This document shows positions 43,606 through 56,742 of a stretch of DNA of 64,000 bases, piece after piece. The stretch lies in sequence record MH791400.1, one strand, 5' to 3'. The notes below the pieces were generated by a model. It was not told the DNA's origin. It saw only the letters and a list, made by a program, of their open reading frames with translations, and did no database searches. A program made the position numbers and the translations under genes. Origin of the DNA: Escherichia phage EcSzw-2. Within the stretch, counting starts at the first letter, position 1. Each line of letters begins with the position of its first letter.

Positions 43606-43965
43606 ATGAAACGTGAAAATGCAATCATCAAAGGTAACTTCGCAATTGGCTTCTATGGTAAACCTACTGAAGCTGAAAAGGTGTGGGGTCATGAGATTCT
43701 TGAAGAGATGATTCCAAAACTCCAAAAAGGAGAAATTAAGCATTCTGAAAAGAATCGTGTGAAAGGCTATATGGCAATTGGTTCAGCTATATCCAACATC
43801 AAACTTGAGACGACATGTGCAAAAGATGTTCGTAACTCGTTTATCAAGGAACTCTTCAACAACCTTGATGGTGTAGATGCTACCGCTATCTGGCTTGATG
43901 TTGATGGTGCTAAGTATACAACTTTCGTATTTAAAAATGAGGATATCAAATGTCTCTTCCCGTAA
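43606..43965 (+). CDS. hypothetical protein (119 aa)
   Basis: ORF. Confidence 0.5.
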   Translation: MKRENAIIKGNFAIGFYGKPTEAEKVWGHEILEEMIPKLQKGEIKHSEKNRVKGYMAIGSAISNIKLETTCAKDVRNSFIKELFNNLDGVDATAIWLDVDGAKYTTFVFKNEDIKCLFP

Positions 43966-44450
43966 AAATTGACTTGTTCTTTGGATACAATCTGATGACA
44001 GGGTGTATGCTTAGTCTTCCAAAGTCTCCTTATCGTACTGAGAAGGGTGCTGTGAAACGTGCTGCACACTACAATAATGACTTAGGTCGTTTGCAGACGA
44101 TTTACAAGTGGCTTGAAGAAGATGGTCGAGTAAATGAGTACTTCCATCAGCTTCGTATGGCTAACGAAGAAAATAAGATGGGCTATGAACTGTTCCCACG
44201 TCTTTACAAAGTGACTTCACCAACTTCTCAAACTTGGAATGAGAAATCTATTGAGGGTTACAAAAAGGTCACAATGTCTCCGTTTAGTAGTGGTGCAGAG
44301 TTTGAGAAGCTACGTGAGATAATTTATCAGACTGTTGCAAAGCGTGTTGCAAAGGGTCTTTCTTATAATGAAAAGATTGACTGGAACACTCAAAAGGTTA
44401 TACAATTCTTTGCATACGATAATGACAAACAAACTTTTGTAGAGGTTTAA
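43950..44450 (+). CDS. hypothetical protein (166 aa)
   Basis: ORF. Confidence 0.5.
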   Translation: MSLPVKIDLFFGYNLMTGCMLSLPKSPYRTEKGAVKRAAHYNNDLGRLQTIYKWLEEDGRVNEYFHQLRMANEENKMGYELFPRLYKVTSPTSQTWNEKSIEGYKKVTMSPFSSGAEFEKLREIIYQTVAKRVAKGLSYNEKIDWNTQKVIQFFAYDNDKQTFVEV

Positions 44451-44451
44451 C

Positions 44452-44970
44452 ATGAAGATTGGAAACAGCTTAACAGAGCCAGAAGCAATTCTGCTTAAGG
44501 GTGTTATCAAAGAACATCTTAAAAATCGTAGACTTCAAGAGGGCACAATCCTTATTGAGACAAACTACGAAGCTGGAACGATTGAGTTTCTTGACGAAGA
44601 TACTGGTGATGCACTTTGCCTTTTGCCAACTCACCTCTTCACTACTGAGTTTCGAGATTCTAAATCAATCTCTGTGAAGCTGGTTCCAAGCATTGAGTTG
44701 TATGAAGGTATGCAATACCCACGTAGCTTCAAAGCTTTACTTAACATCTTCATAGATGATATTGTAGATTTAGTAAGGCCAGAAGCTGGTGAGTATGTAA
44801 TCACTGCTGAGTGTCAGAATAGCAGCTACATCACTCTTGCTGGCAATCTTTCAACGATGAACTTCTTAGATTTCATTCCGAAACACTTTGAAGACTTCCT
44901 TTCATCGTGTGGTGATGACCTTGATTTCATTGTAAAATTGGAACAAGAATATAAGGTGAATAAGAAATGA
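44452..44970 (+). CDS. hypothetical protein (172 aa)
   Basis: ORF. Confidence 0.5.
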   Translation: MKIGNSLTEPEAILLKGVIKEHLKNRRLQEGTILIETNYEAGTIEFLDEDTGDALCLLPTHLFTTEFRDSKSISVKLVPSIELYEGMQYPRSFKALLNIFIDDIVDLVRPEAGEYVITAECQNSSYITLAGNLSTMNFLDFIPKHFEDFLSSCGDDLDFIVKLEQEYKVNKK

Positions 44971-45236
44971 AAATCTTTAAAGTTGAACACTGTTACATGC
45001 AGAGTGGTGAGCCAATTCGTTGTCCTCATTGTGGTTGTACAGATTTTCAAGGTGAGGTTACAGATATCGTCTCTGGTCATGTAGCAGAAGAGTATACTCG
45101 TTGCCGTGGATGTATGAAGATTGTTTCATTTTGGGCTTACGGAAGTTATGAGCCACATCCACATGTTATTTATCATCCAGTAAAAGTTGTTAAGAATATC
45201 ATCAACTGGCTTATTATTAAAGGGTTTTTCAAATGA
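44967..45236 (+). CDS. small zinc-ribbon protein (89 aa)
   Basis: CPHCGC...CRGC. Confidence 0.5.
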   Translation: MKIFKVEHCYMQSGEPIRCPHCGCTDFQGEVTDIVSGHVAEEYTRCRGCMKIVSFWAYGSYEPHPHVIYHPVKVVKNIINWLIIKGFFK

Positions 45237-45778
45237 TTCGTTTAGTGTTTGCAAGTGGTCGTAAAGGTGAGTTTGGCACTCCTGATGGGATGCCTTGGGA
45301 ACGTAACCGTGAAGACATGAAAGAGTTTAAAAAGCTGACTCAAAACCAGCTTGTAATCATGGGTAATGAGACTTTCAAGACTCTTGGACGTAAACCTTTA
45401 CCAAATCGTGAGAACATGATTCTGTCAAACAACCTCCCATATTACGGGATAGACTTTGATAATGACGGTTTTGTTATTGCGAAAGCTGACCCAGATTCTT
45501 TCGGTGCATTCTTGAAGAAAATTGACAGCCAGATTGATGAAAATGTCTGTGTGATTGGTGGTGCAAACATCTTAAAAGCAGCTTTACCATTTGCTGATGA
45601 AGTTTACCACACAGTTATCTATGAAATTACTAAAGAGCCAACTGTGTATCTTCCTGAAGAGGGTTTCTTTGAGTATTTACATGAGCCTGAACTCTTTGCT
45701 AGAATACAAGCTAAACCTCTGGATGATAAATCTGGAGTGGTAAACTTCTATGTTCCACAAGTAAGAGGACGATTCTGA
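45233..45778 (+). CDS. frd: dihydrofolate reductase
   Basis: MIRLVFASGRKGEFGTPDGMPW... and downstream VIGGANI; immediately upstream of thyA. Confidence 0.8.
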   Translation: MIRLVFASGRKGEFGTPDGMPWERNREDMKEFKKLTQNQLVIMGNETFKTLGRKPLPNRENMILSNNLPYYGIDFDNDGFVIAKADPDSFGAFLKKIDSQIDENVCVIGGANILKAALPFADEVYHTVIYEITKEPTVYLPEEGFFEYLHEPELFARIQAKPLDDKSGVVNFYVPQVRGRF

Positions 45779-45779
45779 T

Positions 45780-46676
45780 ATGTCACAAGCAGATGTAAGT
45801 TATAAAAATATCCTGAACCACGTTTTGACAGTTGGTGAGCAGCGTAAAACCCGAACTGGTTCTGTAATTTCAACGTTCTCGCCTCCAGAGTTTCGTTTTG
45901 ATATGCGTACTGGTTTCCCTTTACTGACGTCTAAACAGGTTCTGACCAGACAAGTTATAGGGGAAGCTTTATGGTTCTTGAATGGTGAGAATAAACTTGG
46001 TCATCTTCGCTATCGTACTTGGGGAGAAAACGATGGGGAGCGTTGGACAATCTGGACAAATGATTTTGAACGTTGGCTTAAAACAACATATGCAAGCGAG
46101 CAAGATTGGCTAGATGATGCAGGTGGACGTATCTACGGTGTACAGTGGAGAGCCTCAGAAGGTCATGGTGGCGTTACAGTTGACCAGCTAGACAATCTGA
46201 TTACCAAGATGAAAAAGTCTCCTACAGACCGTTACATGCTGGTTAATGCTTGGAATGCTGCTGATATCTCAGCTAATGCAATGGCTTTACCACCTTGTCA
46301 TGTGCTTTTCCAGATTTACATCTCAAATACTGGTGAAGTTGATTTAAAATGGTATCAACGTTCTGTAGACAGCTTCTTAGGTTTACCGTTTAACATTGCG
46401 TCTTATGGTTTTATCTTGGAAGTGCTTTGTAAGATGACTGGATACACGCCTCGTTATCTGATTGGTACTTTGGGTGATACTCAGATTTATCAGAACCATA
46501 TGAATCAGGTATTCCAGCTTTTAGGTAATGAAGAGTTTCCTGCACCAAAGTTTGAGATTGTTCAAGATTTGAAATGTCTGGATGACCTCAAACATATGAC
46601 TGCAAGTGACTTTATCGGCGGTTTCAAAGACTATCGACATGCAGGGAAGATTGAAGCTCCCTTGTCAGTAGGTTGA
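45780..46676 (+). CDS. thyA: thymidylate synthase (ThyA type)
   Basis: ...RTGFPLLTSKQV... and active-site ...MALPPCHVLFQIY... Confidence 0.9.
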   Translation: MSQADVSYKNILNHVLTVGEQRKTRTGSVISTFSPPEFRFDMRTGFPLLTSKQVLTRQVIGEALWFLNGENKLGHLRYRTWGENDGERWTIWTNDFERWLKTTYASEQDWLDDAGGRIYGVQWRASEGHGGVTVDQLDNLITKMKKSPTDRYMLVNAWNAADISANAMALPPCHVLFQIYISNTGEVDLKWYQRSVDSFLGLPFNIASYGFILEVLCKMTGYTPRYLIGTLGDTQIYQNHMNQVFQLLGNEEFPAPKFEIVQDLKCLDDLKHMTASDFIGGFKDYRHAGKIEAPLSVG

Positions 46677-46683
46677 TAGATAC

Positions 46684-46710
46684 AAAAAAGGCTCCTTTTT
46701 ACGGGAGCCT
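46684..46710. terminator. bidirectional rho-independent terminator at convergent junction
   Basis: aaaaaaggctcc-tttttac-gggagcc between thyA (+) and the minus-strand structural block. Confidence 0.7.
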
Positions 46711-46715
46711 TAAAC

Positions 46716-47090
46716 TTATTTCTTCTTAGCATTTTGAGTGTTCTGTTCAGTGATTGCTTGCAAAGCCGATACAGACTGTGCTAGGTTATTAACACTGTCA
46801 GAGAATTTATCAAGGGTCTTGGTCAACTTGGCGTTTTCACCCTTTACGTTCTCTAGCTGAACCTTCTGGTTCTCCATGCCTAATTGCAGGAGTTTCATGT
46901 CAGACTGTAAGTCACGAATAGCTGAGTAGTTGCTTTTGTTGTAACTATCAAGCTGTTGTAACTTTGTCGAAACGGAAACTTCCTGCTTCCCATCAGACAC
47001 CTGCATTGTAGTGTACATACCAATTACACTGAAGATACCCACAACAATTGCACCAATGTTATTTTTGAAAGCATCCTCTAACCACTTCAT
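46716..47090 (-). CDS. membrane-anchored coiled-coil protein (124 aa)
   Basis: N-terminal TM IGAIVVGIFSVIGMYTT followed by coiled-coil-like region. Confidence 0.45.
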   Translation of the reverse strand: MKWLEDAFKNNIGAIVVGIFSVIGMYTTMQVSDGKQEVSVSTKLQQLDSYNKSNYSAIRDLQSDMKLLQLGMENQKVQLENVKGENAKLTKTLDKFSDSVNNLAQSVSALQAITEQNTQNAKKK

Positions 47091-47284
47091 TCTTTCTCCC
47101 CTTTAAAGGCTTTTTCCAAGTTATTAACAAATTCATCATCAATAGGCGTATCTGTCTTGCTCGCAAGGTATCTTGCAAGTCTGAAGAAGGCTTTCTCAAT
47201 CATGTATTCACTCAGAAGGGAAAGTAAGAGTTTCCAGAGGAAGCTACCCAAGTTTTTTAAGAGGATTGCTAGGATAGTCGGCAT
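47087..47284 (-). CDS. small hydrophobic protein (65 aa)
   Basis: Hydrophobic N-terminus ILAILLKNLGSFLWKLLLSLL. Confidence 0.4.
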   Translation of the reverse strand: MPTILAILLKNLGSFLWKLLLSLLSEYMIEKAFFRLARYLASKTDTPIDDEFVNNLEKAFKGEKE

Positions 47285-47363
47285 TATATCACCTCATCAG
47301 CCAAGATGGTGAGAATACCTATGAAAATATTAACACCATCTTAACAATTAGTCAACAAATTGA

Positions 47364-49748
47364 TTACGCCGTTCTAACCCATGCCATCAATCTAATAAAC
47401 AGGTTTACAACACTGAATGCTGAACCAGAACCTGTACCACCAGTGTTACCACTAACTGTGTGGGTGTGAGCACCGATACCTACTGTGTGGGCATGGTTAC
47501 CAGCAGAGGCAGCAGTACCAGAGATTGTGTGGGTGTGAGCACCACCTGCATCAGTATAACCTGGCCCTGTACCAATCTTACCACCACCACCACCAGAATA
47601 GTGTGTAGAGTTCTGACCAATCCACGAGATTGCATGGTTATGGCTACCAGCAGATGCAGCAGAACCACTCACAGAGTGAGTATGAGCACCCGTTGTGTTA
47701 GATGTTTTAGTACCGTAGTCAAAGCTTGATGTTGTAGCTGAGAAGCTGTGAGTGTGTGAAGGGATATGCCCTACAGATAACGTCACAGTATCCGCACCAC
47801 CAACTGATTTAACATCTGAACCGTTTGCTGCACCAATCCTAACTGTTCTTCCAACACCCTCATTCAGATACGTCCAAGTCATACCTGCAAGAGTCGTGTT
47901 AGGGTTCTGGTTAGTTGCAAACCATGTTACAATCCCCACTGGATAGACTTTCTTAAGGTCTGTTGAGTCAGTTACAGCAGATGCAATTTTCTGGTCAACT
48001 TCAGCTTTAGTGTACGCACCAAGTTCTGAAGGGGTTGGCTTAGTACCGTCTGTGTAAATCTTCTCAAAAGTTACTGTGTCAGTTTCTGTCAAGTTTCTTG
48101 CAAGCCAGATACCTTTTGCTGAGTAGTTAGCTAAGAAAGCCAACTGACCAACACCTGTATCTCTCTTCGCAAAAACATGAAGATATGCTGCTGAATCTGC
48201 TGGATAGCTTGGGATAACACTTGCAGCAGGTGTCTGTAGCATTGCTGAGTAGCCTTGAGGCTTGTTCCAGTCTGCTCTTGTAGCAATAGAGATAATTCTA
48301 CCAACTGTTGCACCATGACCTGTAGAACTAATCACCAAGTCTGTCGCTGTGCTTCCACTCACTTTCAAGAATCTTGCATCTAAGTTGCCCCAATCAGAAG
48401 GTTTTACCTGTCCAGTAATCTGTAGAGATTTAGACAAAAGGACTTCATCAGACAAATCAATTCTTGCACCAGTCAAGTAGTTGTGGAAAGATGCAACACC
48501 AGAACCATTTGTACCACAACCAATATACCACTTGTTAGAGTTATCAGTATTCTTCCCAACGATGTAAGAAGCATTATTCTGAACTTTGCTGTAGATTCTT
48601 AGTGCTTCGCCATCTGATTGAATGTTTTGTTGAAGAGTGAACGTGTTAGCTTCATTCTTCTTAGCAAGATTAGCATATGTACCAATCAAAACATAGCGAG
48701 AGTCAATATTAGTCCAATCGGTAGGCTGAACCTGTCCAGTGATTGCAAGACTCTTGTTCACCCTAACCATGTTGTCAAGCAACACATAGGTATCATTTGA
48801 GATGTTTGTCAAGACAACTGAGCTACTACCATCTGCATAGTTACCTACAGCCCACTTCATAGAAGCATCTGTGTTCTGACCTTCGATGTAAAGTGCCTTA
48901 CCACTTGTCAAGTTCTTCAGAGTTAATCTTGCACCATCACCAAGTAACGTTGTAGTACCTCTGAAGGTGTTGTTTCCAGTAATCGTGTTAGCCGCTGCCA
49001 ACTGAACAAATCTTTGGTCTGCTGCATCACGAGTGTAGAATCTTGCATCAAAGTTACCAAAATCTGAAGGAACAACCTGTCCAGTTACCTGAAGAGACTT
49101 GTTAATACCTACAGCACCAGCACCAAGAACGATATTAGTGTTCTGCCTTGTATTAGCCAAAGTCACATCTGTTCCAGCACCAAGGTTACCAAGGGTGAAT
49201 CTGACGTTATTTGCTACATCTCTTCCCTCATAATACAACGCAGACTCTGTAGTGTTTTTTAAAGTTAAACCTGCGTTATTGGTCTGGAAAATTTGACTTG
49301 CCGTGAAGGTGTTTTGAGTACCTTTGATAGCAAATCTTGCATCATTCTCATCATTAGTTCTCATCCCAAGTTCGTTAGGAGATGGCTTATTCAGAGTGTG
49401 ATAAACTGTTGCACTTCTCGAAGCATCTGCAATAGTTAGTTTAAGACCATTTGCATTAAGTTTGAAAGTTTTTGCAGTGTCGCCAAAGACAATTTCAGAA
49501 TTACCTGTTGGGTCAAGTAAGTCTTTTCCTCCATAGGTAAGTTTAACAATTCCTAAATTACCTGTCATGGTTCCACCAACTAATTGCAGAAATCTTTCCA
49601 ATCTAAATGATGCAAGGAAATCTGCATAAGTCATTCTACGGTCTTCATCACCTAGCATCTCAGTTCTTTTCTTTACTCTGACATGCAATAGGTCATCAGA
49701 ACGAATCTCACTAATCGAGTTTAATTCACTCAATTTAAATTCTGCCAT
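47364..49748 (-). CDS. long tail fibre protein with C-terminal His-rich HxH repeat tip
   Basis: 794 aa; C-terminus GAHTHSVSGSAASAGSHNHAISW...GGAHTHTISGTAASAGNHAHTVGIGAHTHTVSG. Confidence 0.7.
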   Translation of the reverse strand: MAEFKLSELNSISEIRSDDLLHVRVKKRTEMLGDEDRRMTYADFLASFRLERFLQLVGGTMTGNLGIVKLTYGGKDLLDPTGNSEIVFGDTAKTFKLNANGLKLTIADASRSATVYHTLNKPSPNELGMRTNDENDARFAIKGTQNTFTASQIFQTNNAGLTLKNTTESALYYEGRDVANNVRFTLGNLGAGTDVTLANTRQNTNIVLGAGAVGINKSLQVTGQVVPSDFGNFDARFYTRDAADQRFVQLAAANTITGNNTFRGTTTLLGDGARLTLKNLTSGKALYIEGQNTDASMKWAVGNYADGSSSVVLTNISNDTYVLLDNMVRVNKSLAITGQVQPTDWTNIDSRYVLIGTYANLAKKNEANTFTLQQNIQSDGEALRIYSKVQNNASYIVGKNTDNSNKWYIGCGTNGSGVASFHNYLTGARIDLSDEVLLSKSLQITGQVKPSDWGNLDARFLKVSGSTATDLVISSTGHGATVGRIISIATRADWNKPQGYSAMLQTPAASVIPSYPADSAAYLHVFAKRDTGVGQLAFLANYSAKGIWLARNLTETDTVTFEKIYTDGTKPTPSELGAYTKAEVDQKIASAVTDSTDLKKVYPVGIVTWFATNQNPNTTLAGMTWTYLNEGVGRTVRIGAANGSDVKSVGGADTVTLSVGHIPSHTHSFSATTSSFDYGTKTSNTTGAHTHSVSGSAASAGSHNHAISWIGQNSTHYSGGGGGKIGTGPGYTDAGGAHTHTISGTAASAGNHAHTVGIGAHTHTVSGNTGGTGSGSAFSVVNLFIRLMAWVRTA

Positions 49749-49771
49749 TATACAATCCTCTTAAAAGGGGC

Positions 49772-49790
49772 TACAAAGCCCCTATTATAA
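49772..49790 (-). other. intergenic GC hairpin (ggggcu-loop-agcccc) between the two fibre genes
   Basis: ggggctacaaagcccc. Confidence 0.45.
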
Positions 49791-50939
49791 TTAAGCAGTT
49801 CTCTGCCATACATATAGAACAAATGATGGCTGTTCAATGTTAAATGCCTGACCAGAACCAGTTGAGCCAGTTGTACCAGAGTGGGAATGCTCACCTGCAC
49901 CAGTAACCGTCACCGTAGCCGTATGTGAGTGACTACCAATAGCAACGGAGTGGCTGTGAGCACCAATACCAACTGTGTGGCTGTGAGCACCAATTGCTAC
50001 AGTGTGAGTATGGTTGTTAGCAGTTGTCAGAGTGGCTCTTGGGTCATAGTCTGCACCAACTACTGAAAGTCCCGGCAAACTACCGTTATCATAACCACGG
50101 TTAATCCACGTTGTCTGGGTGAATCCAGCAGAACTCGTAGTTTTATTACCATAATTGAATGATGATGTTGTCTTAGTACCATAATCAAATGTGGTAGTTC
50201 CTTTAGTACCATAATCAAATGAACTAACTGAAGCAGTTGCACCGTGTGAGTGACCGCCACCAGTTACATACACTGAGTGGGTGTGTGCAGGAATATTATT
50301 AGCAGATAGTGAAGCAGTTTGAGAACCAAACGTTGAACCCGCTGGTCTGGATGTGCTATCAAAACCTACTAAAGCTCTACCTCTGGATACTAACACCCAA
50401 GTACCACCACAAATTAGATATGTAGATGGGTTAGCAGCATTCATAGACAGATGGATAGTACCTACTGGATAAGAAGCCTGTACAGCCCTATACAAGCTGT
50501 TTACTGCCCTTGCTGTAGCATACTTATCAGCGTCTTCATTATATGCGTTGGAAGCTAACCAGTTCTGAACATTCCCCAAACCAACTTGTGATTTAGTTGT
50601 ATTGTGAGGGTTATTCTTGTCATTAATGTGGTTCTGGATAAGTTGATTAACTTCATCAGAAGACATAATCTGTAAGTTTGCTCTTGCTTCAGCTACGTCA
50701 ACGATATCTGATAAGTTGTTTGCAGCGACAAGCTGTAAAGCATTTAACACGTTGCCTAGCTCAACCTGAACTTTTGTAACACCGTGAGGGTTATTCCTCA
50801 AGGATGCGTGAGGGTCAAGTAATTGTTCAAGTGTACATCTCTTATCCTCAATACCTTGTTTAAGGTGGAAGATATCACTTAACTCAATTGGTAACGACGC
50901 TTGAGGCAAGGCACTAATTTGAATTTCACCTACTGCCAT
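49791..50939 (-). CDS. second tail fibre protein with HxH repeats and internal duplication
   Basis: 382 aa; C-terminus NNHTHTVAIGAHSHTVGIGAHSHSVAIGSHSHTATV...; duplicated NNPHGVTKVQVELGNV / NNPHNTTKSQVGLGNV; both fibres end ...RTA. Confidence 0.65.
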   Translation of the reverse strand: MAVGEIQISALPQASLPIELSDIFHLKQGIEDKRCTLEQLLDPHASLRNNPHGVTKVQVELGNVLNALQLVAANNLSDIVDVAEARANLQIMSSDEVNQLIQNHINDKNNPHNTTKSQVGLGNVQNWLASNAYNEDADKYATARAVNSLYRAVQASYPVGTIHLSMNAANPSTYLICGGTWVLVSRGRALVGFDSTSRPAGSTFGSQTASLSANNIPAHTHSVYVTGGGHSHGATASVSSFDYGTKGTTTFDYGTKTTSSFNYGNKTTSSAGFTQTTWINRGYDNGSLPGLSVVGADYDPRATLTTANNHTHTVAIGAHSHTVGIGAHSHSVAIGSHSHTATVTVTGAGEHSHSGTTGSTGSGQAFNIEQPSFVLYVWQRTA

Positions 50940-50941
50940 TA

Positions 50942-51256
50942 TTAGCCTCCGATAAATTCATAAGTGTACTGATTAGTTGTGCTTGTTGGAGCAGTACCTG
51001 TCACGGTATTAATAAGGTTCCATCCAGCCGATACTAAATCAGGTTGCTCGGTAGCAAAGCTTCTGACTTCACCAACAATAGCTGTTGTCCCATTTGCTCT
51101 TTCCAGCAAATAGTTTAAAATATAGTTATACCACTGACGACCCATTGGTTCGCCACGAAGTAACCCTGTTGCCTGAATCTCAGGAGGTGGTAACACTTTT
51201 AACTGGTTACCATCAGCGTCTACATCATCTGTAGCCCATCTTACTGCATCTGCCAT
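50942..51256 (-). CDS. tail fibre/baseplate-associated protein (104 aa)
   Basis: Position between baseplate and fibre genes. Confidence 0.4.
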   Translation of the reverse strand: MADAVRWATDDVDADGNQLKVLPPPEIQATGLLRGEPMGRQWYNYILNYLLERANGTTAIVGEVRSFATEQPDLVSAGWNLINTVTGTAPTSTTNQYTYEFIGG

Positions 51257-52113
51257 TATGAACTTCCTTCCTGTTGAGATTTATCTTTTCTGCCTTTGAT
51301 GATTTGTGCAACTTCAGCCATTACACCATATTCACCACCTGCAACCGTTTCTTTACCGACAATAAAGTTGTCGTTACTGTTATTCGTTCTGCTCACATTC
51401 ATATAATCTTTTGAAGTGCTTCCAGCAGTTCTATCAATTCTGAAATATCCGTCTCTTACACCTGCATCTGCTAAACTACCCAACAAGTTAGCCTCAAGAG
51501 AACCACCTGTGTTATTCGTTACAAGACCTCTGTTATTATCTGTTACAAACCAGTTGTCTTTGTCGTCAACGATGGCTAAGGCTGAGTCAGCAACCTCTAC
51601 AGGTGTCCAAGCAGTACCATTCAAAGTCACATCCCTTAAGATGACTGCTGAACCAATTGTTGTTGCAGCAATCTTTGAAAGTGTGTATGCTGTATCTAGA
51701 ACGTTATTTCTCGTATTAACACGAATAACAATACCACCAGTCATCGGTGTAATATGCTCAAACACCTGTGAAAATGTAGCATTGTAAAGTGTCATTACAG
51801 CATTTTGAAGAAACGCTGGAGTTGTGTCAGAACGTCTTAGGAAAATTTGGATATACAGCATTGCACGATATGAATCGTCATCAGCACCAAGAGGTCTAGG
51901 GACTTTAATCAAAGCCCCGATATTATCTAGTTGCTGACCAATAGCTGTACGGATATTACGTTCTGTGTGCATCTGCCAAGTAATATCCTCTAACAATTGT
52001 AACTCATCTGTAATAGATTTCAATAGACTAGTGTAAATAAACTTTTCTTTGAATTGAGTTACAGTTCTTTCATCCAATGTTTTGTAATAGACGTCTTCAA
52101 TCTTTTCAAACAT
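51256..52113 (-). CDS. baseplate protein (285 aa)
   Basis: Follows the J-like baseplate gene, abutting stops/starts. Confidence 0.45.
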   Translation of the reverse strand: MFEKIEDVYYKTLDERTVTQFKEKFIYTSLLKSITDELQLLEDITWQMHTERNIRTAIGQQLDNIGALIKVPRPLGADDDSYRAMLYIQIFLRRSDTTPAFLQNAVMTLYNATFSQVFEHITPMTGGIVIRVNTRNNVLDTAYTLSKIAATTIGSAVILRDVTLNGTAWTPVEVADSALAIVDDKDNWFVTDNNRGLVTNNTGGSLEANLLGSLADAGVRDGYFRIDRTAGSTSKDYMNVSRTNNSNDNFIVGKETVAGGEYGVMAEVAQIIKGRKDKSQQEGSS

Positions 52114-52115
52114 TG

Positions 52116-53584
52116 TTACTCCTTAGTGATAGTGTACTGGCTGCTTTCCCATACCGTATACTGGTCACCATCAACTGTGATTCTTGAAGTAGTGTACTGG
52201 TCATCCGAAGGTGGAACTGCTTGGTTATTTGAAAGAGCAACTTTAATTTCGTTGATTTCAATACCCTGAATAACGTCATAGATGTATCCATAGATTCTGT
52301 TAGGAATCACGTCATTACCAACTTTCAGAGTTCTACCATAATCGTTAATACCCTGTACAATACTGTCATGGATATCTTCTTCAGGAATTGTCAAGCTTTC
52401 TTCATCATACAACTCGTAAGTTACCTTAACAAAGACATACTTAGGTGTTGGTCTGCTGAAGTAAACGTTATGAGCCAAACCTCCAAGGTCGTATGCAGTA
52501 CCAAAGATGGAACCATAAGCCCTGATACCAGCAGGTTTAGTATCCCAAATAGCTTGAGCAACGTTATCGTTCTGACCACCTACAACGACAATCTTGAAAG
52601 ATTTCGGAGGAATACCGTCAGGGGTTGTTGTCTCAGTATCATTCTCCACACCTGAAGCATCTGACACACCCTGAACCCTCTTGACAGCAGCAACGATAGC
52701 ATCTAAAGTACCTACACCGGTAACGGTTAAAGACTCTAGGTAACGCTGGCGAAGTTCTGTATCAGTTTCTTCATCACGTCCTGTTGTCAGGTCGTATCTG
52801 TTGAATACACTATCAAGGCCGTCTACAGTTGTTTCAATTTCAATCAGTGTTCCTGCCAAAGCTGGAATAGCACCAACCTGTTCAGCAACCACATCGTGAA
52901 TTGTAGTAATCTTCGTAAAGCTTAAGAAGGTCGTTGCAGTAACAACCATAGGGTTTGTTCTGGCAATGATATCTCCTTCATCTTTGTAGATTCTTAGAGA
53001 TGAGCCATCGTTAATAACTTCAGCTTTAGCAACAATACCACCATTGATAGCATCTGCAAGTTCGTTTAGCAGAGTTGTGATAGTGTCTGAAGAAGTTGGC
53101 TGATAAGAGAAAACAACGTTATCAATAATGATAACATAGTTTGCATCAGTACGTAAAGAGTTAACTTCTAAAACTGCTTCAACACAATAAGATGGTGTCA
53201 ATGTGAATGTAGAAACTGGATAGAAAATATTACCAGCAGTACTTCTCAGTCTTGTTGTTGCAGGAATTGAAGCACCAGTTGTACCAGTAAATTCAGCCTG
53301 TCCTCTTGTAGCCTGAGCAACATATCTGTAGATTGCGTTTAAGGCTGTGATATCATCTAGGTTGAATCCTTCAGCTTTATCAATGGTGTTGCCATCATAA
53401 ATCTCAGACAGAACTTCATGGGTATCTGCCAAGGCTCTTGCTACTGATGCTAAGAACAGACCTAACTGGCTGTCTTCAGATACGTCAAGGTTTGGGGAGA
53501 TATCTCTTAAAAGTCTTGCTTTGATATTATCAAAGATTTCTTGATATCTCAGTGTTTGTAATCCTGTTGCGGTTAATCCAGCCA

Positions 53585-53585
<1 letters not shown>
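52116..53585 (-). CDS. baseplate J-like protein
   Basis: 489 aa; position and size typical of the J/gp6-like baseplate wedge subunit. Confidence 0.5.
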
Positions 53586-56741
<3,156 letters not shown>

Positions 56742-56742
<1 letters not shown>

